Source of the DNA: Eledone cirrhosa
Lineage: Eukaryota
NCBI GenBank assembly: GCA_964016885.1
Contig: OZ024743.1
Coordinates: 9,982,001 to 10,046,000 of the forward strand
DNA: 64,000 bases
Direction: 5' to 3'
Shown here piece by piece: positions 11,467-24,117 of the stretch. The notes beneath the pieces were generated by a model, which saw only the letters and a list, made by a program, of their open reading frames with translations, searched no databases and was not told where the DNA came from. The position numbers and the translations under genes are program-made. Numbering within the stretch: the stretch's first letter is position 1; each line of letters begins with the position of its first letter.

Positions 11467-12621
11467 TACCTCATTTTACTAGCTTCAAGAACGCGTCTAC
11501 ACGACGTGAGAAAGAATCCCAAAAGGCGGAGGGGGAGATAGTCACGCGATATAACGGTCGTTTCACGCTCTTGAGAGTGGGGTGGTGGTGGGGAGGGAAC
11601 GACGTTTCTTCAGGTGAAAAGTGTGTGAAAAGTGTGTGGGAAGAGAGGTCAAAGGGTGTGTAGGGGAGTGGTGGAGAGACATATAGCAAAAAGGGGGTGA
11701 GAGGAAACGGTGCAAATGAAATTAAAAATAAAGGCATGATCAAAATAAAATTAAAATGGGGTAAAACAGGTGGTGGAAGGTTGTGGGGCGTGTAGGGGTG
11801 GTGGCGGGTGGAGTGGGGAGAGGGAGACGGCGTGTCCGAGCGGGGAGGGCTGAAGGGGGTGTGTGTGTGTAGGTGTACGTGTGTGTGTCTGTGTGTGTAT
11901 GTGAAAGCAAGGGTTGGGGGAAGAACGGGGTTGCATGTTCAGGAAGAGGTGTGTGTGGGGTGGGGTGTAGGTCGGAGTGTGTGTGCGTGTGTGGATAGAG
12001 GGGTGGGGGGAGAGGATTCCGGAGGCTGAATGTGTAAATATGTGGTGGTACGCACGTGTGTGTGTGGTGTTTATGCGTGTTGTGGATGTAGGTGGCGTGT
12101 GGGAAAAAAAATTTATTGGGGTGTATGTCTGGGGGTGAGTCGTAAAGGTAATTCCGTAAAAGGATGTGGTGGAATGCTAAGTAAAATCCTTGGGATGCGG
12201 TAGATTCTCGGGATCAAGGTTCACATATGTGTAATCCGTGAAGAGATTGGTCGGAAGAGGGCAGATGTGGGGTGCGCGCGTAACAGGAAGTGGTCAGAGG
12301 GTCAAGGCAGGAGGAGGGTTGTGTTTCTGTGTGTGCGGGGAGGTGGTCAGAGAGGCATAGCAGCAGTAGGGTAGAATGGTAAGTGAAGAAAGTCGGTGTG
12401 TCAGTGTGTGCGGAGGTGCGGTGGACAGGGGAGAGGATGGGTAGGTGTGAAAGTTGCAGTGATGAGGGGGGTGTATTAGTAGAGGTGTTAGTGGGATGTG
12501 TGTGTGTTTGAGAAAGGGTGTGAGTGGAGCGGGGAGAGAAGGGTGTGGGGGCCGATGGAGGGAGTGTAGTGTACTGGTGTGTGTGTGTGTGGTGAAGGAT
12601 ATATATGTATATATATATATG

Positions 12622-12667
<46 letters not shown>

Positions 12668-12751
12668 CATATATATATATACATATATATCCTTCACCAC
12701 ACTTATGCTTATCTTATGTAGACGCGTTCTTGAGACTAGTAAAATGAGGTA

Positions 12752-12839
12752 TCCTCTTGATAAGTTGGCAGACCTCGCAAGGACTCTATATCTTTGATAT
12801 ATTGTTTTTGTTTATGCCACGAAACTACGTAGTCGAGGA
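12752..12839 (+). ncRNA. Type I hammerhead ribozyme, U3:A8 core, long stem II
   Basis: TCCTC-TTGATAA-GTTGGCA...TGCCAC-GAAAC-TACGTA-GTC-GAGGA. 5-bp stem I, palindromic stem III loop, GUC site. Confidence 0.72.
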
Positions 12840-12908
12840 ATTTAGGAACAGTTTAGGTATGATACATTTTATTACTAATTATATCTAAATGTTTCTTCTC
12901 TCTTCATA

Positions 12909-13068
<160 letters not shown>

Positions 13069-13075
13069 GTATATA

Positions 13076-13123
<48 letters not shown>

Positions 13124-13125
13124 CG

Positions 13126-13176
<51 letters not shown>

Positions 13177-13337
13177 GTATATATATATATATATACATAT
13201 ATACATATATATATACATATATATTGTTATACTTTGGGAGGGTCATGTTGCCAAAGTATAACAATATCGGTTTCAACACACGATTTCAGATAAAGAATCT
13301 TGCTAAACAAATTCAGAAACGAAATATACATATATAC

Positions 13338-13417
<80 letters not shown>

Positions 13418-14202
13418 GCATGCATACGTATGCATACATATATTGACACGCACAAACATATATATGTATGCGTGTGATTGTGTGTGTATGTGTGTATGTG
13501 TGAACCTGAAAGGTTCACACGTTTATACATATTTTGTATAATTAAATTAAACATATTATAAATTTCTGCTGTCGATGGATAAATCAATAAATATCTTTAC
13601 CATATAACAGCGTTGGGGAAATAGCCAAAGCAGTGGAGAGAATGCAATTGTGTTATGATCTGTCACATGATTTGGCATGGGTGAGTGCAGTGGCAAATGG
13701 AGGCGTGGTAATTGTTTTAATGTGGTCAGAATTAGAAGTCTCAAAAACTAACTTCCTCGATTTACCATTCTGTAAGTTTTATTATTATATTTGGGAGAAT
13801 GTGCACATAACTGGTGAATATATTGCATTGTCTATCTCTCCCTATCCCTCTCTCTCTCTCCCCTCTCTCTCTATCTCTCCCCCTTTTTTCTCTTTTTATA
13901 TATATGTATATATATATATGTATATATATATATAAACGGAAAGAATGAAACGAAATTTCATTTTCCACTCTTAGTACGGCTGTTACTTAAATATAAGTAT
14001 GTACACGTACATACTTATATATATACAGACGTACAGTAGTATGTATATATATATACATACATGCACACACATATATATATATACTTATGGATTCACCGAA
14101 CATTTATTATAATGCTCGGTGTGTTTCTAAACAAACATCCCGTATTAAGCCGTAGTGTCCAGCAACCATCGTTGCTCGTTTGTTCAACACTGACAAAGGA
14201 AC

Positions 14203-14241
14203 GCTGTACTAGTTTCAAGCTTATTAGCTATCGTCAGCAAC
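14203..14241 (-). ncRNA. Minimal type I hammerhead ribozyme (canonical core)
   Basis: Minus strand: GTTG-CTGACGA-TAGC-taataa-GCTT-GAAAC-TA-GTA-CAGC. Confidence 0.8.
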
Positions 14242-14536
14242 CTATACCTTCCTGCCAGATTGTTGAACGTATATACTTATCTTATGCATATTAACGGCTG
14301 GGTAGCCCAATTTGCATATCGAGTGGGTTAATCGGCCGGGTGCACCGAAAACGATAAACGGAAAAAATGAAACGAAATTTAATTTCCCACTCTTAGTACG
14401 GCTGTTACTTAAATATAAGTATGTACACGTACATACATATATGTATACAGACGTACAGTAGTATGCAAATTGGGCTACCCAGCCGTTAATATGCATAAGG
14501 TAAGTATATACGTTCAACAATCTGGCAGGAAGGTAT

Positions 14537-14579
14537 ACGTTGCTGACGATAGCTAATAAACTTGAAACTAGTACAGCGT
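14537..14579 (+). ncRNA. Minimal type I hammerhead ribozyme (one stem II mismatch)
   Basis: ACGTTG-CTGACGA-TAGC-taataa-ACTT-GAAAC-TA-GTA-CAGCGT. Confidence 0.75.
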
Positions 14580-15595
14580 TCCTTTGTCAGTGTTGAACAA
14601 ACGAGCAACAATGGTTGCTGGACACTACGGCTTAATACGGGATGTTTGTTTACAAACACACCGAGCATTATAATAAATGTTCGGTGAATCCATACGTACA
14701 TGTATATATGTGTGCATGTATGTATATATATATACATACTACTGTACGTCTGTATACATATATGTATGTACGTGTACATACTTATATATATATATAAATA
14801 AATACAGGTAAAGAGGGGAGGCAGTGTGGTTTATATATTGTTCCTTATGTTAATGTGTGTCACCTAAAGTTACATTATCCTATGTAGCTTCATAATGTTT
14901 CATGTTGCAGATTATGATTATAACACTAAGCAGCTTACACAAACCTTTAATATTTAGTAATCTTCAGGTTCCAGAGATAAAATCAGTATACTGCATTCTA
15001 ATCAGCAACCATCTCTTACATACTTGAGATAGTATAAGAAATCCCATAAAACAAAGCATCATCTCTTACAATGTTTTCATTTTTCTTTTCAGTACTTCCT
15101 TCTGGCCTTTTAACCCTTAGAGCTCCAAATACAGCATGAGGTTCAGGTTACAGGTTGTAACGAAAGTTCTGTCCGTTTTTTTAAGGCTAAATAAAACAAG
15201 AAAAATACAATATCAGATCTATTTAATGGGTAATGCAGTCCCAGTTCGTCTCTGTAACTTCTTTCCATCTGTCATGTTTAATGCCACGTTCGTAAAACTC
15301 TTTAGATTTTTTTCACTAGAAAGGGAAACTAACTCATTATCGACTTCTCTTGGTGTACGTCTTAATCCGCTCAAATGATTTTGAAAACTTCTTGGTGTTT
15401 TCACATATACTCGCTTTCATGCTCCGAGGAAAGAAAAATTAAAAAAGAAACGTCCAAAGAACTAGAACTACGATTTAGATAATTAATATGTATGTATGTA
15501 TGAATGTCATTGGATACCATCAGGGTTGCAGGTGTTATATCAGAGTTTTCCTTCTCCTAGAATTCTACCTTGTTCTTCTTTTTGTTCTTCTTTAT

Positions 15596-16204
15596 GTCAG
15601 GTCACCAGTTGGTGCTACTGGTAACATGTATCCCAGTACAACCTGTCTCATGGTCGGGTCGTTGGCGATTAAACTGGCAACTCCACCAAGGTTTCTTGGT
15701 GAGGAGGGTGACTTTGGACATCCTGCAGGACTAAAAACAAAACCTGTCAAAGGGCAAAGGAGCTCTTAAGAGTCAATGGCCATCCAAAATCACCGGGAGA
15801 GATGACCCCTTAGCCTTTGTCAAGGCAGAATTCTAGGAGAAGGAAAACTCTGATATAACACCTGTAACCCTGATGGTATCCAATGATGTTGACTTGTTCT
15901 TCTTTTTGGTAAATATCATCTTGGTTAAGAGAGTGGGACTGGCTTTGTGCAGTGCCTTTGCTCACTATAAAAGCTTCACGGCACAGGCATTGCTTTATAT
16001 CTGGAGATCTCTCTGCACTTGTCGTCACAGGGTACCAAGGGCCCAGCACTATGTGTCAATAATTGTCACAAGTGTAGTGTTTGTACCAGAGTTTTCAAGT
16101 CGCTGGCTGGACTAAAAAGTCACACTTGTTTAGCGCATCGGTAAGGGTTCTCCTACATGGATATAAAGTAGTGGCCGTACTCGAAAACGAGTTGGCAGCC
16201 ACCA
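15596..16204 (+). mobile_element. Non-autonomous RTE-derived SINE-like element (~610 bp), full copy 1
   Basis: Starts gtcaggtcaccag. Contains GGAGAAGGAAAACTCTGA (RTE 5'UTR-like), a C2H2-finger remnant (CSVCTRVFKSLAGLKSH), the ctcg-aaaa-cgag hairpin and a (TATG)n tail. Confidence 0.8.
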
Positions 16205-16237
16205 TGTATGTATGTATGTATGTATGTATGTATGTAT

Positions 16238-16846
16238 GTCAGGTCACCAGTTGGTGCTACTGGTAACATGTATCCCAGTACAACCTGTCTCATGGTCGGG
16301 TCGTTGGCGACTAAACTGGCAACCCCACCAAGGTTTCTTGGTGAGGAGGGTGACTTTGGACATCCTGCAGGACTAAAAACAAAACCTGTCAAAGGGCAAA
16401 GGAGCTCTTAAGAGTCAATGGCCATCCAAAATCCCCTGGAGAGATGACCCCTTAGCCTTTGTCAAGGCAGAATTCTAGGAGAAGGAAAACTCTGATATAA
16501 CATCTACAACCCTGATGGTATCCAATGATGTTGACTTGTTCTTCTTTTTGGTAAATATCATCTTGGTTAAGAGAGTGGGACTGGCTTTGTGCAGTGCCTT
16601 TGCTCACTATAAAAGCTTCACGGCACAGGCATTGCTTTATATCTGGAGATCTCTCTGCACTTGTCGTCACATGGTACCATGGGCCCAGCACTATGTGTCA
16701 ATAATTGTCACAAGTGTAGTGTTTGTACCAGAGCTTTCAAGTCGCTGGCTGGACTAAAAAGTCACAGTCGTTCAGCGCATCGGTAGGGGTTCTCCTATAT
16801 GCATATAAAGTAGTGGCCGTACTCGAAAACGAGTTGGCAGCCACCA
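16238..16846 (+). mobile_element. Non-autonomous RTE-derived SINE-like element, full copy 2 (tandem with copy 1)
   Basis: Near-identical to 15596-16204, separated from it only by (TATG)n. Confidence 0.8.
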
Positions 16847-16914
16847 TGTATGTATGTATGTATGTATGTATGTATGTATGTATGTATGTATGTATGTATG
16901 TATGCATGCATCCA

Positions 16915-16955
<41 letters not shown>

Positions 16956-17039
16956 GGTTTTTTGTGTGCTTGATTATGCTAATTGGGAGAGGAAATGGAG
17001 TATATATCTTATCAAATGATTCTATGGACATAATTTATA

Positions 17040-17116
<77 letters not shown>

Positions 17117-17121
<5 letters not shown>

Positions 17122-17370
17122 GAAGTAACAGGAGGATGGAGTGGTGTAAATGCTTGAAAGGTTTGTTGTACTATGATCATTTCAATGACCGGGTTCCATA
17201 TGAATCCGGTGATATCAGGTATTGGAATATAACAAAGGAATATGTAAAAAGCCATGGGTCCGAAAAACCATGGGTCCGAGAAACCATAGACAGATAGGGC
17301 GGCTGACCAACTATAGTATAATAAACCTTTCAAGGATTTACACCAGTCCAGCCTCCTGTTATTTCATTTA
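17117..17370. repeat. Fold-back element with ~48-bp imperfect inverted ends next to (TA)n
   Basis: aaatgaagtaacaggaggatggagtggtgtaaatgcttgaaaggttt versus aaacctttcaaggatttacaccagtccagcctcctgttatttcattt. Internal direct repeat ccatgggtccga x2. Confidence 0.6.
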
Positions 17371-17503
17371 TAATTAACTTCGTATTCGCACCACCAACTA
17401 CACAAACGAAGATGGGTGAACTGCACTGCGTTGAGTACTCTTCACAATATTACACCAGGATTGACCATATGGAATGACCAGTTCTATCCAGTGGTGAACC
17501 TTA

Positions 17504-17584
<81 letters not shown>

Positions 17585-17587
<3 letters not shown>

Positions 17588-17727
17588 TGGCTGCCAACTC
17601 GTTTTCGAGTACGACCTCTACTTTATATCCATGTCGGAGAACCCCTACCGAACCCCTACGAGTGTGACTTTTTAGTCCAGCCAGACACTTTAAAACTCTG
17701 GTACAAACACTACACTTGTGACAATTA
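17585..17727 (-). mobile_element. 3' fragment of the RTE-derived SINE-like family
   Basis: Matches the last ~140 bp of 16238-16846 in reverse. Confidence 0.75.
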
Positions 17728-17855
17728 TATATATGTGTGTGTGCGTGAGTGTGTGTGTATGTGAGTGTGTGTGTGTGTGTCTGAATGTGTATGTACGTGT
17801 ACACGCGCTCGTATCTATATATACCTGTGAGTGTATGTGTATAAATATATCTATA

Positions 17856-17897
<42 letters not shown>

Positions 17898-17908
17898 CGT
17901 GTGTGTGT

Positions 17909-17954
<46 letters not shown>

Positions 17955-17960
17955 GTGTGT

Positions 17961-18008
<48 letters not shown>

Positions 18009-18931
18009 GCCTGTGCCTGTGCCTGTGTGTGTCTGTGTGTGTATATTTATGTGTCTTTGAGTTTAGGTTATTTCGACGTATCAAATTCATCACATCCAGA
18101 GGGAGATATACACAAACAAGTGAACATCGAGGAAATAATTGGATCCATATTAGCTTGGGATTTACACATAAATACAGTCACATAAACCTGAAAGCTGAAT
18201 TAAAATGGACTAACGTTTAATATACATCTAGATATTTTTAGTAATATTCTAGAATAATATATATCATATGCTACCTTGTGATGTATTTTAAGAGATATAA
18301 TATGTGAAAATTTATATCAATTATTTGATATGAAAATTAAGAAACTATTGGAATATCTTTCAATGTAAGCAGCACACAATCCGGTTTACATTATGAATAT
18401 AAATAAACCCGTGCACAAAAATATGCATATTTTTATACATAATCAATCGGTATAAAATATGTTCGTAGATAAACGAAACCCTTGCAATACTGTAAATATT
18501 CATATATAATAATACTGCATGATATTCGGACCATCAATTCTAGTTGCTGTTCATAGCCGAGATAATTATAGTATCACTGAAGCACAAAATATCAGTTGTG
18601 CATAGAGATAAAAACAAAATACTCATGCTTCTCACAGCTTCATATAAGCCCGTGTCAGCATTGAGTCATGCACATTTCTTTAAATTCTTGGTTATAGATT
18701 TCCAAAGCGTTTTCAGTATATACACCAGGGCGGGTGTGTGCCTGCGCAACACAAGCGGAATAAGTGCTATAATGTATACAAACATCGCTATGCAAAATGC
18801 GCACTTTCGAAATGCTGAGAGATTATGAAGTATAGTTTATGATACTTCAGTAGTATCTATCTGATGTCTTTCTGATGTCTTTCGGTGTATTTCACTGATA
18901 TACATATCTCTTAAATATATATAGGTATGTT

Positions 18932-18967
<36 letters not shown>

Positions 18968-19285
18968 GTGAAAGAGTATACTCCGAGTATTCCGATGATT
19001 TGTTGAGTCAAACAACGCCATAGTACAGAGTACTCACAACCTCTAACTGGATTACCTAAAACGATAGCTTGTTATCCATGTATATATATATATATATATA
19101 TATAGACAACCACAAGGAAACACGTATTGTTGGGCTTACATATCCATTCACTCATAGTAGTAATCTGAACCGGACGTGCTAATTTGCATATAATTGGCGC
19201 TCGTGTTGGTAGTTAATTAAGTTATATATTAAAAAGTGTGCCAAGCAGCTGAAGGATACGATAAAGTTGTATCTGTGTATATAGA

Positions 19286-19359
<74 letters not shown>

Positions 19360-19540
19360 TAATAAAAATAATGAATAAAAACAAAGAAACAGTTCTTTAT
19401 ATTAAAAAATTCATCATTTTACGATCGTTTCTAGGATATATATGTGTGTGTTGGTATGTATATCATATAGATCTATGTAAAATGTTTACAAACTATCAGA
19501 GGGAATATACATACCTACACATATATATGCTGTCTTCAGA

Positions 19541-19625
<85 letters not shown>

Positions 19626-19745
19626 TGATGGTAGCTAAGATGCTTCCATAGGCGGTATGCCGGTTGAGCACTCTATGCTCTTACAGAGCAGAGTATGATA
19701 TAATAGAAAACGAAAAATCAGTGATGCATCTGAACTCAATTTATT

Positions 19746-19833
19746 GTGTTACAATTGTTTCGCCGGCTGACAGCTCGAGACGTGATCATTGTGTGGATCT
19801 GTCTGATTCTGGACCCGCAGGTTCGACGGACAC
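19746..19833 (-). ncRNA. Hammerhead-like motif with non-canonical CCGUCGA core (family B)
   Basis: Minus strand: GTGT-CCGTCGA-ACC...GCCGGC-GAAAC-AATT-GTA-ACAC. Stem II is imperfect. Confidence 0.5.
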
Positions 19834-20064
19834 GTCTAATGATTTCGGAGCATATTCTCTCACTGGGGTATCTGACCCTCTGGGCCAGTACCGTCAAAAA
19901 CTTCATCCTCTTCGCGTGTCCTCTGATTGGCCGCTGGTTGTCTACGTCATCATAATTCTGACCACAGGTAGCAGTCCACTGACCATCAATGCGTTGTCAT
20001 TCCCATGCTTGCTACACTTCAATAAATTACTGGTGTGTTTGTAGTTCACACATCCACGCGGGCA

Positions 20065-20100
<36 letters not shown>

Positions 20101-20653
20101 GACAGACACACACACACATAATCACATAGATAACGACAGTCGTACGCATAGACTCCCGCAATACACACACATTTAAGGAGAACATATAAACATAAAAACA
20201 TACGCATACATGCATCCAGAGAGACACGTACATACACAGACACATGCCCACACGTGTGCATACACATGCATACGCGTATATATACGCGTACACACAAACA
20301 CGTACAGAGATATACATAGACACCCCCGCCCACGCACGCACACATACACACACGTACCCATATACATATATACACGCACAGATACACACTCGCTCCCAAA
20401 CACACATATATATACACAACAAGCCCTTTCCCTACACGGGTGCTAGTACACACAGACACACACACACTGGCTCATATACACTCCTACAAATATGCGCATA
20501 TTCACATACACACCCATGCACGTATAAAAAATATATATATATATATATACATAAATAGAATATACACATAAAGTCATATAAAGAAACATAATGGGTGATA
20601 CACAAAGGATGGACCTTGTTATAAACATGTACATACATAGAAAATACATACAT

Positions 20654-20684
<31 letters not shown>

Positions 20685-21224
20685 GAGAGAGAGAGAGAAT
20701 AAGAAAAAGCGAAGTAGTTTTAGATGTTAAAGTCCTTTAACTATGTATTTGCCTAACTACTACGTTTCATACTGTAATTTACCCTCCGTTCTACTGTACG
20801 GTACTACCGTTCAATATATGGATAATGTATCTGTAATATTGATCCTTCTTACTATAATTTAAACATCTCCCTATTTATTAGTTATTATATGTACATATAT
20901 TTTTTTACTTACATCAATCAAGATTTTAACTTGTAATTTTTTTAATTTTTGATTTTTAATTTTTAGTTTTAATTTCTAATTCTCAATCATAATTTGCACA
21001 GTGAAGCCATAATACCTAGAAATAAGTATATATTCTCTTAGCGGGTGATGGTCAATCCTACGGTCAATGCTTAATTTAGGCGTAGTATTGGGACCTATTG
21101 AAATTCATACTCCCCCACCCCCACTAGCTTTCAGCCAAATGCCACTGGCAGGGTGGCACCCAGTATACTATAACCGTGTCATATTACAGACCTGGATGGG
21201 GTGATTGTTTGGTTGAGAGGGGGA

Positions 21225-21299
21225 GCTGTCTGAAGATGTGACGGCACTGGGCGCACCGAACCGTGTGGCCAATGTCGTCATTGAAATATGTATCACAGC
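21225..21299 (+). ncRNA. Type I hammerhead ribozyme (canonical core, extended stem II)
   Basis: GCTGT-CTGAAGA-TGTGACGGCA...TGTCGTCATT-GAAAT-ATGT-ATC-ACAGC. 5-bp stem I, ~9-bp stem II, AUC site. Confidence 0.8.
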
Positions 21300-21430
21300 A
21301 TTATCATTAACATCTGAAACTACTTCGCTTTTTCTTATTCGATATATACTCCGTCACTCCTGTGTGGAAAAAGTACGTTGAGTGCTTGAGTTGAATTGCA
21401 TCAATATTTACCATAAGTATATGTATATAC

Positions 21431-21524
<94 letters not shown>

Positions 21525-21674
21525 TTCGTTCTGTCCTACGCCATATTGTATACACTGAGGATGAAAAACTCAGAGCTGTATGGGAGCCTCCCAAAAGTGA
21601 CTCAAATGTGACAAAATCTTGATGGTGTAGGACAGAACAAAGGAGAGGCACAGAAAACAAAGAAAAGAATCCCC

Positions 21675-21718
21675 AGTCACTGAAGAGGTCACAGAATATG
21701 TGACGAAAGAACTTTGAC
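21675..21718 (+). ncRNA. Type I hammerhead ribozyme (family C)
   Basis: AGTCA-CTGAAGA-GGTCACA-gaata-TGTGAC-GAAAG-AA-CTT-TGAC. Confidence 0.72.
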
Positions 21719-21926
21719 AATATATAAACAAGCATCTGGTTGTGGAACCAACCAACCAACCGGAAATTTATAAATTCCTAAATTTATAAATTTATTATAA
21801 TAAATTGAAGTGAAAGCAATTGGTGCGTGTGTTTCTTATTGGCAACATGACCCTCCCAAAGTATAACAATATCGGTTTCAACACACGTTTTCAGAAAAAG
21901 AATCTTGCTAAACAAATTCAGAAACG

Positions 21927-21989
<63 letters not shown>

Positions 21990-22046
21990 TATACGTATAT
22001 ACATATATATAAAAAAGTATAAAATATATTAAAAATATATTAAAAT

Positions 22047-22133
22047 GTATCCGTCGAACCCGCAGGTACAGAATCAGACAGATCCACACAAGGTTACGTC
22101 TCGAGCTGTCCGCTGGCGAAACAATTGTAACAC
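22047..22133 (+). ncRNA. Hammerhead-like motif with CCGUCGA core (family B, second copy)
   Basis: GTAT-CCGTCGA-ACC...GCTGGC-GAAAC-AATT-GTA-ACAC. Homologous to 19746-19833. Confidence 0.45.
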
Positions 22134-22355
22134 ACAATAAATTTAGTTCAGATGCATCACTGATTTTTCGTTTCCTATTATATATATATATAAATATATA
22201 TATATATATTGTTATACTTTGGGAAGGTCATGTTGCCAATAAGAAACACACGCACCAGTTGCTTTCACTTCAATTTATTATATATTTATAAATTTACAAA
22301 TTTATAAATTTCTGGTTGGTTGGTTGCTTCCACAACCAGATAGTTGTTTATATAT

Positions 22356-22400
22356 AGTCATAGTTCTTTCGTCACACACTCTGTGACCTCTTCAGTGACT
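22356..22400 (-). ncRNA. Type I hammerhead ribozyme (family C)
   Basis: Reverse complement of 22834-22878. Confidence 0.78.
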
Positions 22401-22833
22401 GGGGATTCCTTTCTTTGTTTCTGTGCCTCTCCTTTGTTCTGTCCTACGCCATTTTGTTTCTGTGTGTGTGTTGTGTGCTCAGTCTGCGCATGCGCCACAT
22501 CCGGGTGTCTGTGTGTGTTTATGTTCATTTATCTATTTTTTTTATTTACATGTTAACGGTTGGTTGTTTGTTCTATGTGTGTGTGTGTTTTCATTTTGTC
22601 CTTAATTGTAAGTTGTGATGTTGCTGTTCCACTCATATTTTCTATTTAATTTTGGTTGTAATTCTTTTATGTTTATTGCCTCTGTAATTGCCTCTGTAAT
22701 TGCCTCTGACAAATTACAGAGGCAATAAACATAAAAGAATTACAACCAAAATTAAATAGAAACAAAACACACAGAAACAAAATGGCGTAGGACAGAACAA
22801 AGGAGAGGCACAGAAACAAAGAAAGGAATCCCC

Positions 22834-22878
22834 AGTCACTGAAGAGGTCACAGAGTGTGTGACGAAAGAACTATGACT
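22834..22878 (+). ncRNA. Type I hammerhead ribozyme (family C)
   Basis: AGTCA-CTGAAGA-GGTCACA-gagtg-TGTGAC-GAAAG-AA-CTA-TGACT. CUA site. Confidence 0.78.
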
Positions 22879-23169
22879 ATATATAAACAACTATCTGGTT
22901 GTGGAAGCAACCAACCAACCAGAAATTTATAAATTTGTAAATTTATAAATATATAATAAATTGAAGTGAAAGCAACTGGTGCATGTGTTTCTTATTGGCA
23001 ACATGACCCTCCTAAAGTATAACAATATCGGTTTCAACACACGATTTCAGATAAAGAATCTTGCTAAACAAATTCAGAAACGATATATATATATATTTAT
23101 CCTTATCGAGCCTTCTTTGGATTTTAGTCTTCACATTTATTATTATTACTATACAAATATATATATAAA

Positions 23170-23895
23170 TTTCCCGAGATCCATGGACGAGTTCTCTCCG
23201 GCGGTCTCTGTTCCTCATTATCGCTGCCATGTCCTGCGTCTCCAACAGACCAATGTCTGTCCTTAGGGCATCAACATACGTTAACCTTGGTCTTCCCCTT
23301 CCAGTGTGTCCATGTTGGGGCTCCCACAGGTGCACTGAGTGCAGTGTCAACTCCGGATGTCGGTGTCCAGCTAACCTCAGTCTCCTGTGTGTCACTTTTG
23401 AGCTGACTTTTGGGAGGCTCCCATACAGCTCTGAGTTTTTCATCCTCAGTGTATACTGATTAATGTTCAGAGCCATCCTCAGCATTCTTGTGTAGCACCC
23501 ATTCACCATCTGAGTGAGTTTCTTGGTCAGTGTCCAAGTTTTCAGACCCGTACAGCAGCACAGACTCCACTACAGCAATGAAGAGGCAGATTTTCAAGTC
23601 TTTACGAAGGTCCGACTTCCACACTGATCTCAAGCTGTGACACGCCGCCCAGGCTTTGCTCTTCCTCTCAACCAGATCATTTTCCGTATTCCCAATCTTT
23701 GCTCCCAAATACAGGAAGTCCTTAACCAATTCTAGCGGCTTCCCGCCTACATTAGTAATCCCCTCTGGCTTCTCAACATTCTCTACCAGATATTTTGTCT
23801 TAGTCTCATTTATTCTCAGCCCCACACTCATCGACACAGTCTCCACCTCCTGCATCAAATCCTCTTCCTCCGTCAATGTGTTTGTCACCAAAACT
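23170..23895 (-). pseudogene. Frameshifted 3' fragment of an RTE-like LINE ORF2
   Basis: VGLRINETKTKY, KDFLYLGA, VESVLLYGSE, then frameshift to CYTRMLRMAL..RRLRLAGH..GRGRPRLTYVD. A short plus-strand piece of the same family lies at 21550-21615. Confidence 0.8.
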
Positions 23896-24060
23896 ATGTA
23901 TGTATATATATATAGGAAAATGTATTTCCAGAAATAGTCGTCGAAACGACTTGATCTCTGCCGTCGGGGGGTCATACATTTTCCTATTACCCACTCTACT
24001 ACCTTAAGTATTGAGTACTGTGCGTTATGGTCCATCTGGATCCTTACCACAACTCCTTCG

Positions 24061-24117
<57 letters not shown>

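Larger units (their letters stand above)
13936..14785. mobile_element. Retrozyme-like tandem (~420 bp) plus inverted array with hammerheads
   Basis: aacggaaa.aatgaaacgaaattt at 13936 and 14357. The segment ~14462-14785 is an inverted copy. Homologous to the 44075-46391 array. Confidence 0.75.
22208..23085. mobile_element. Fold-back composite pLTR-like element (family C)
   Basis: 22208-22460 is the reverse complement of ~22770-23030, with an inner palindrome around 22705 and (TA)n flanks. Related copy 21625-21930, decayed copy near 36840-37105. Confidence 0.7.

Noticed and set aside
11545-11620. Second hammerhead-like motif on the minus strand (CTGAAGA-AACG..CGT-GAAAC-GACC-GTT)
   Set aside because: Stem I does not pair next to the cleavage site; may be chance or heavily decayed.
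16238-16330. Definite HDV-like or twister ribozyme call for the RTE-derived element head
   Set aside because: Partial motifs are present (CUAA-ACUGG, UCCCAG loop), but I could not build a complete canonical pseudoknot by eye.
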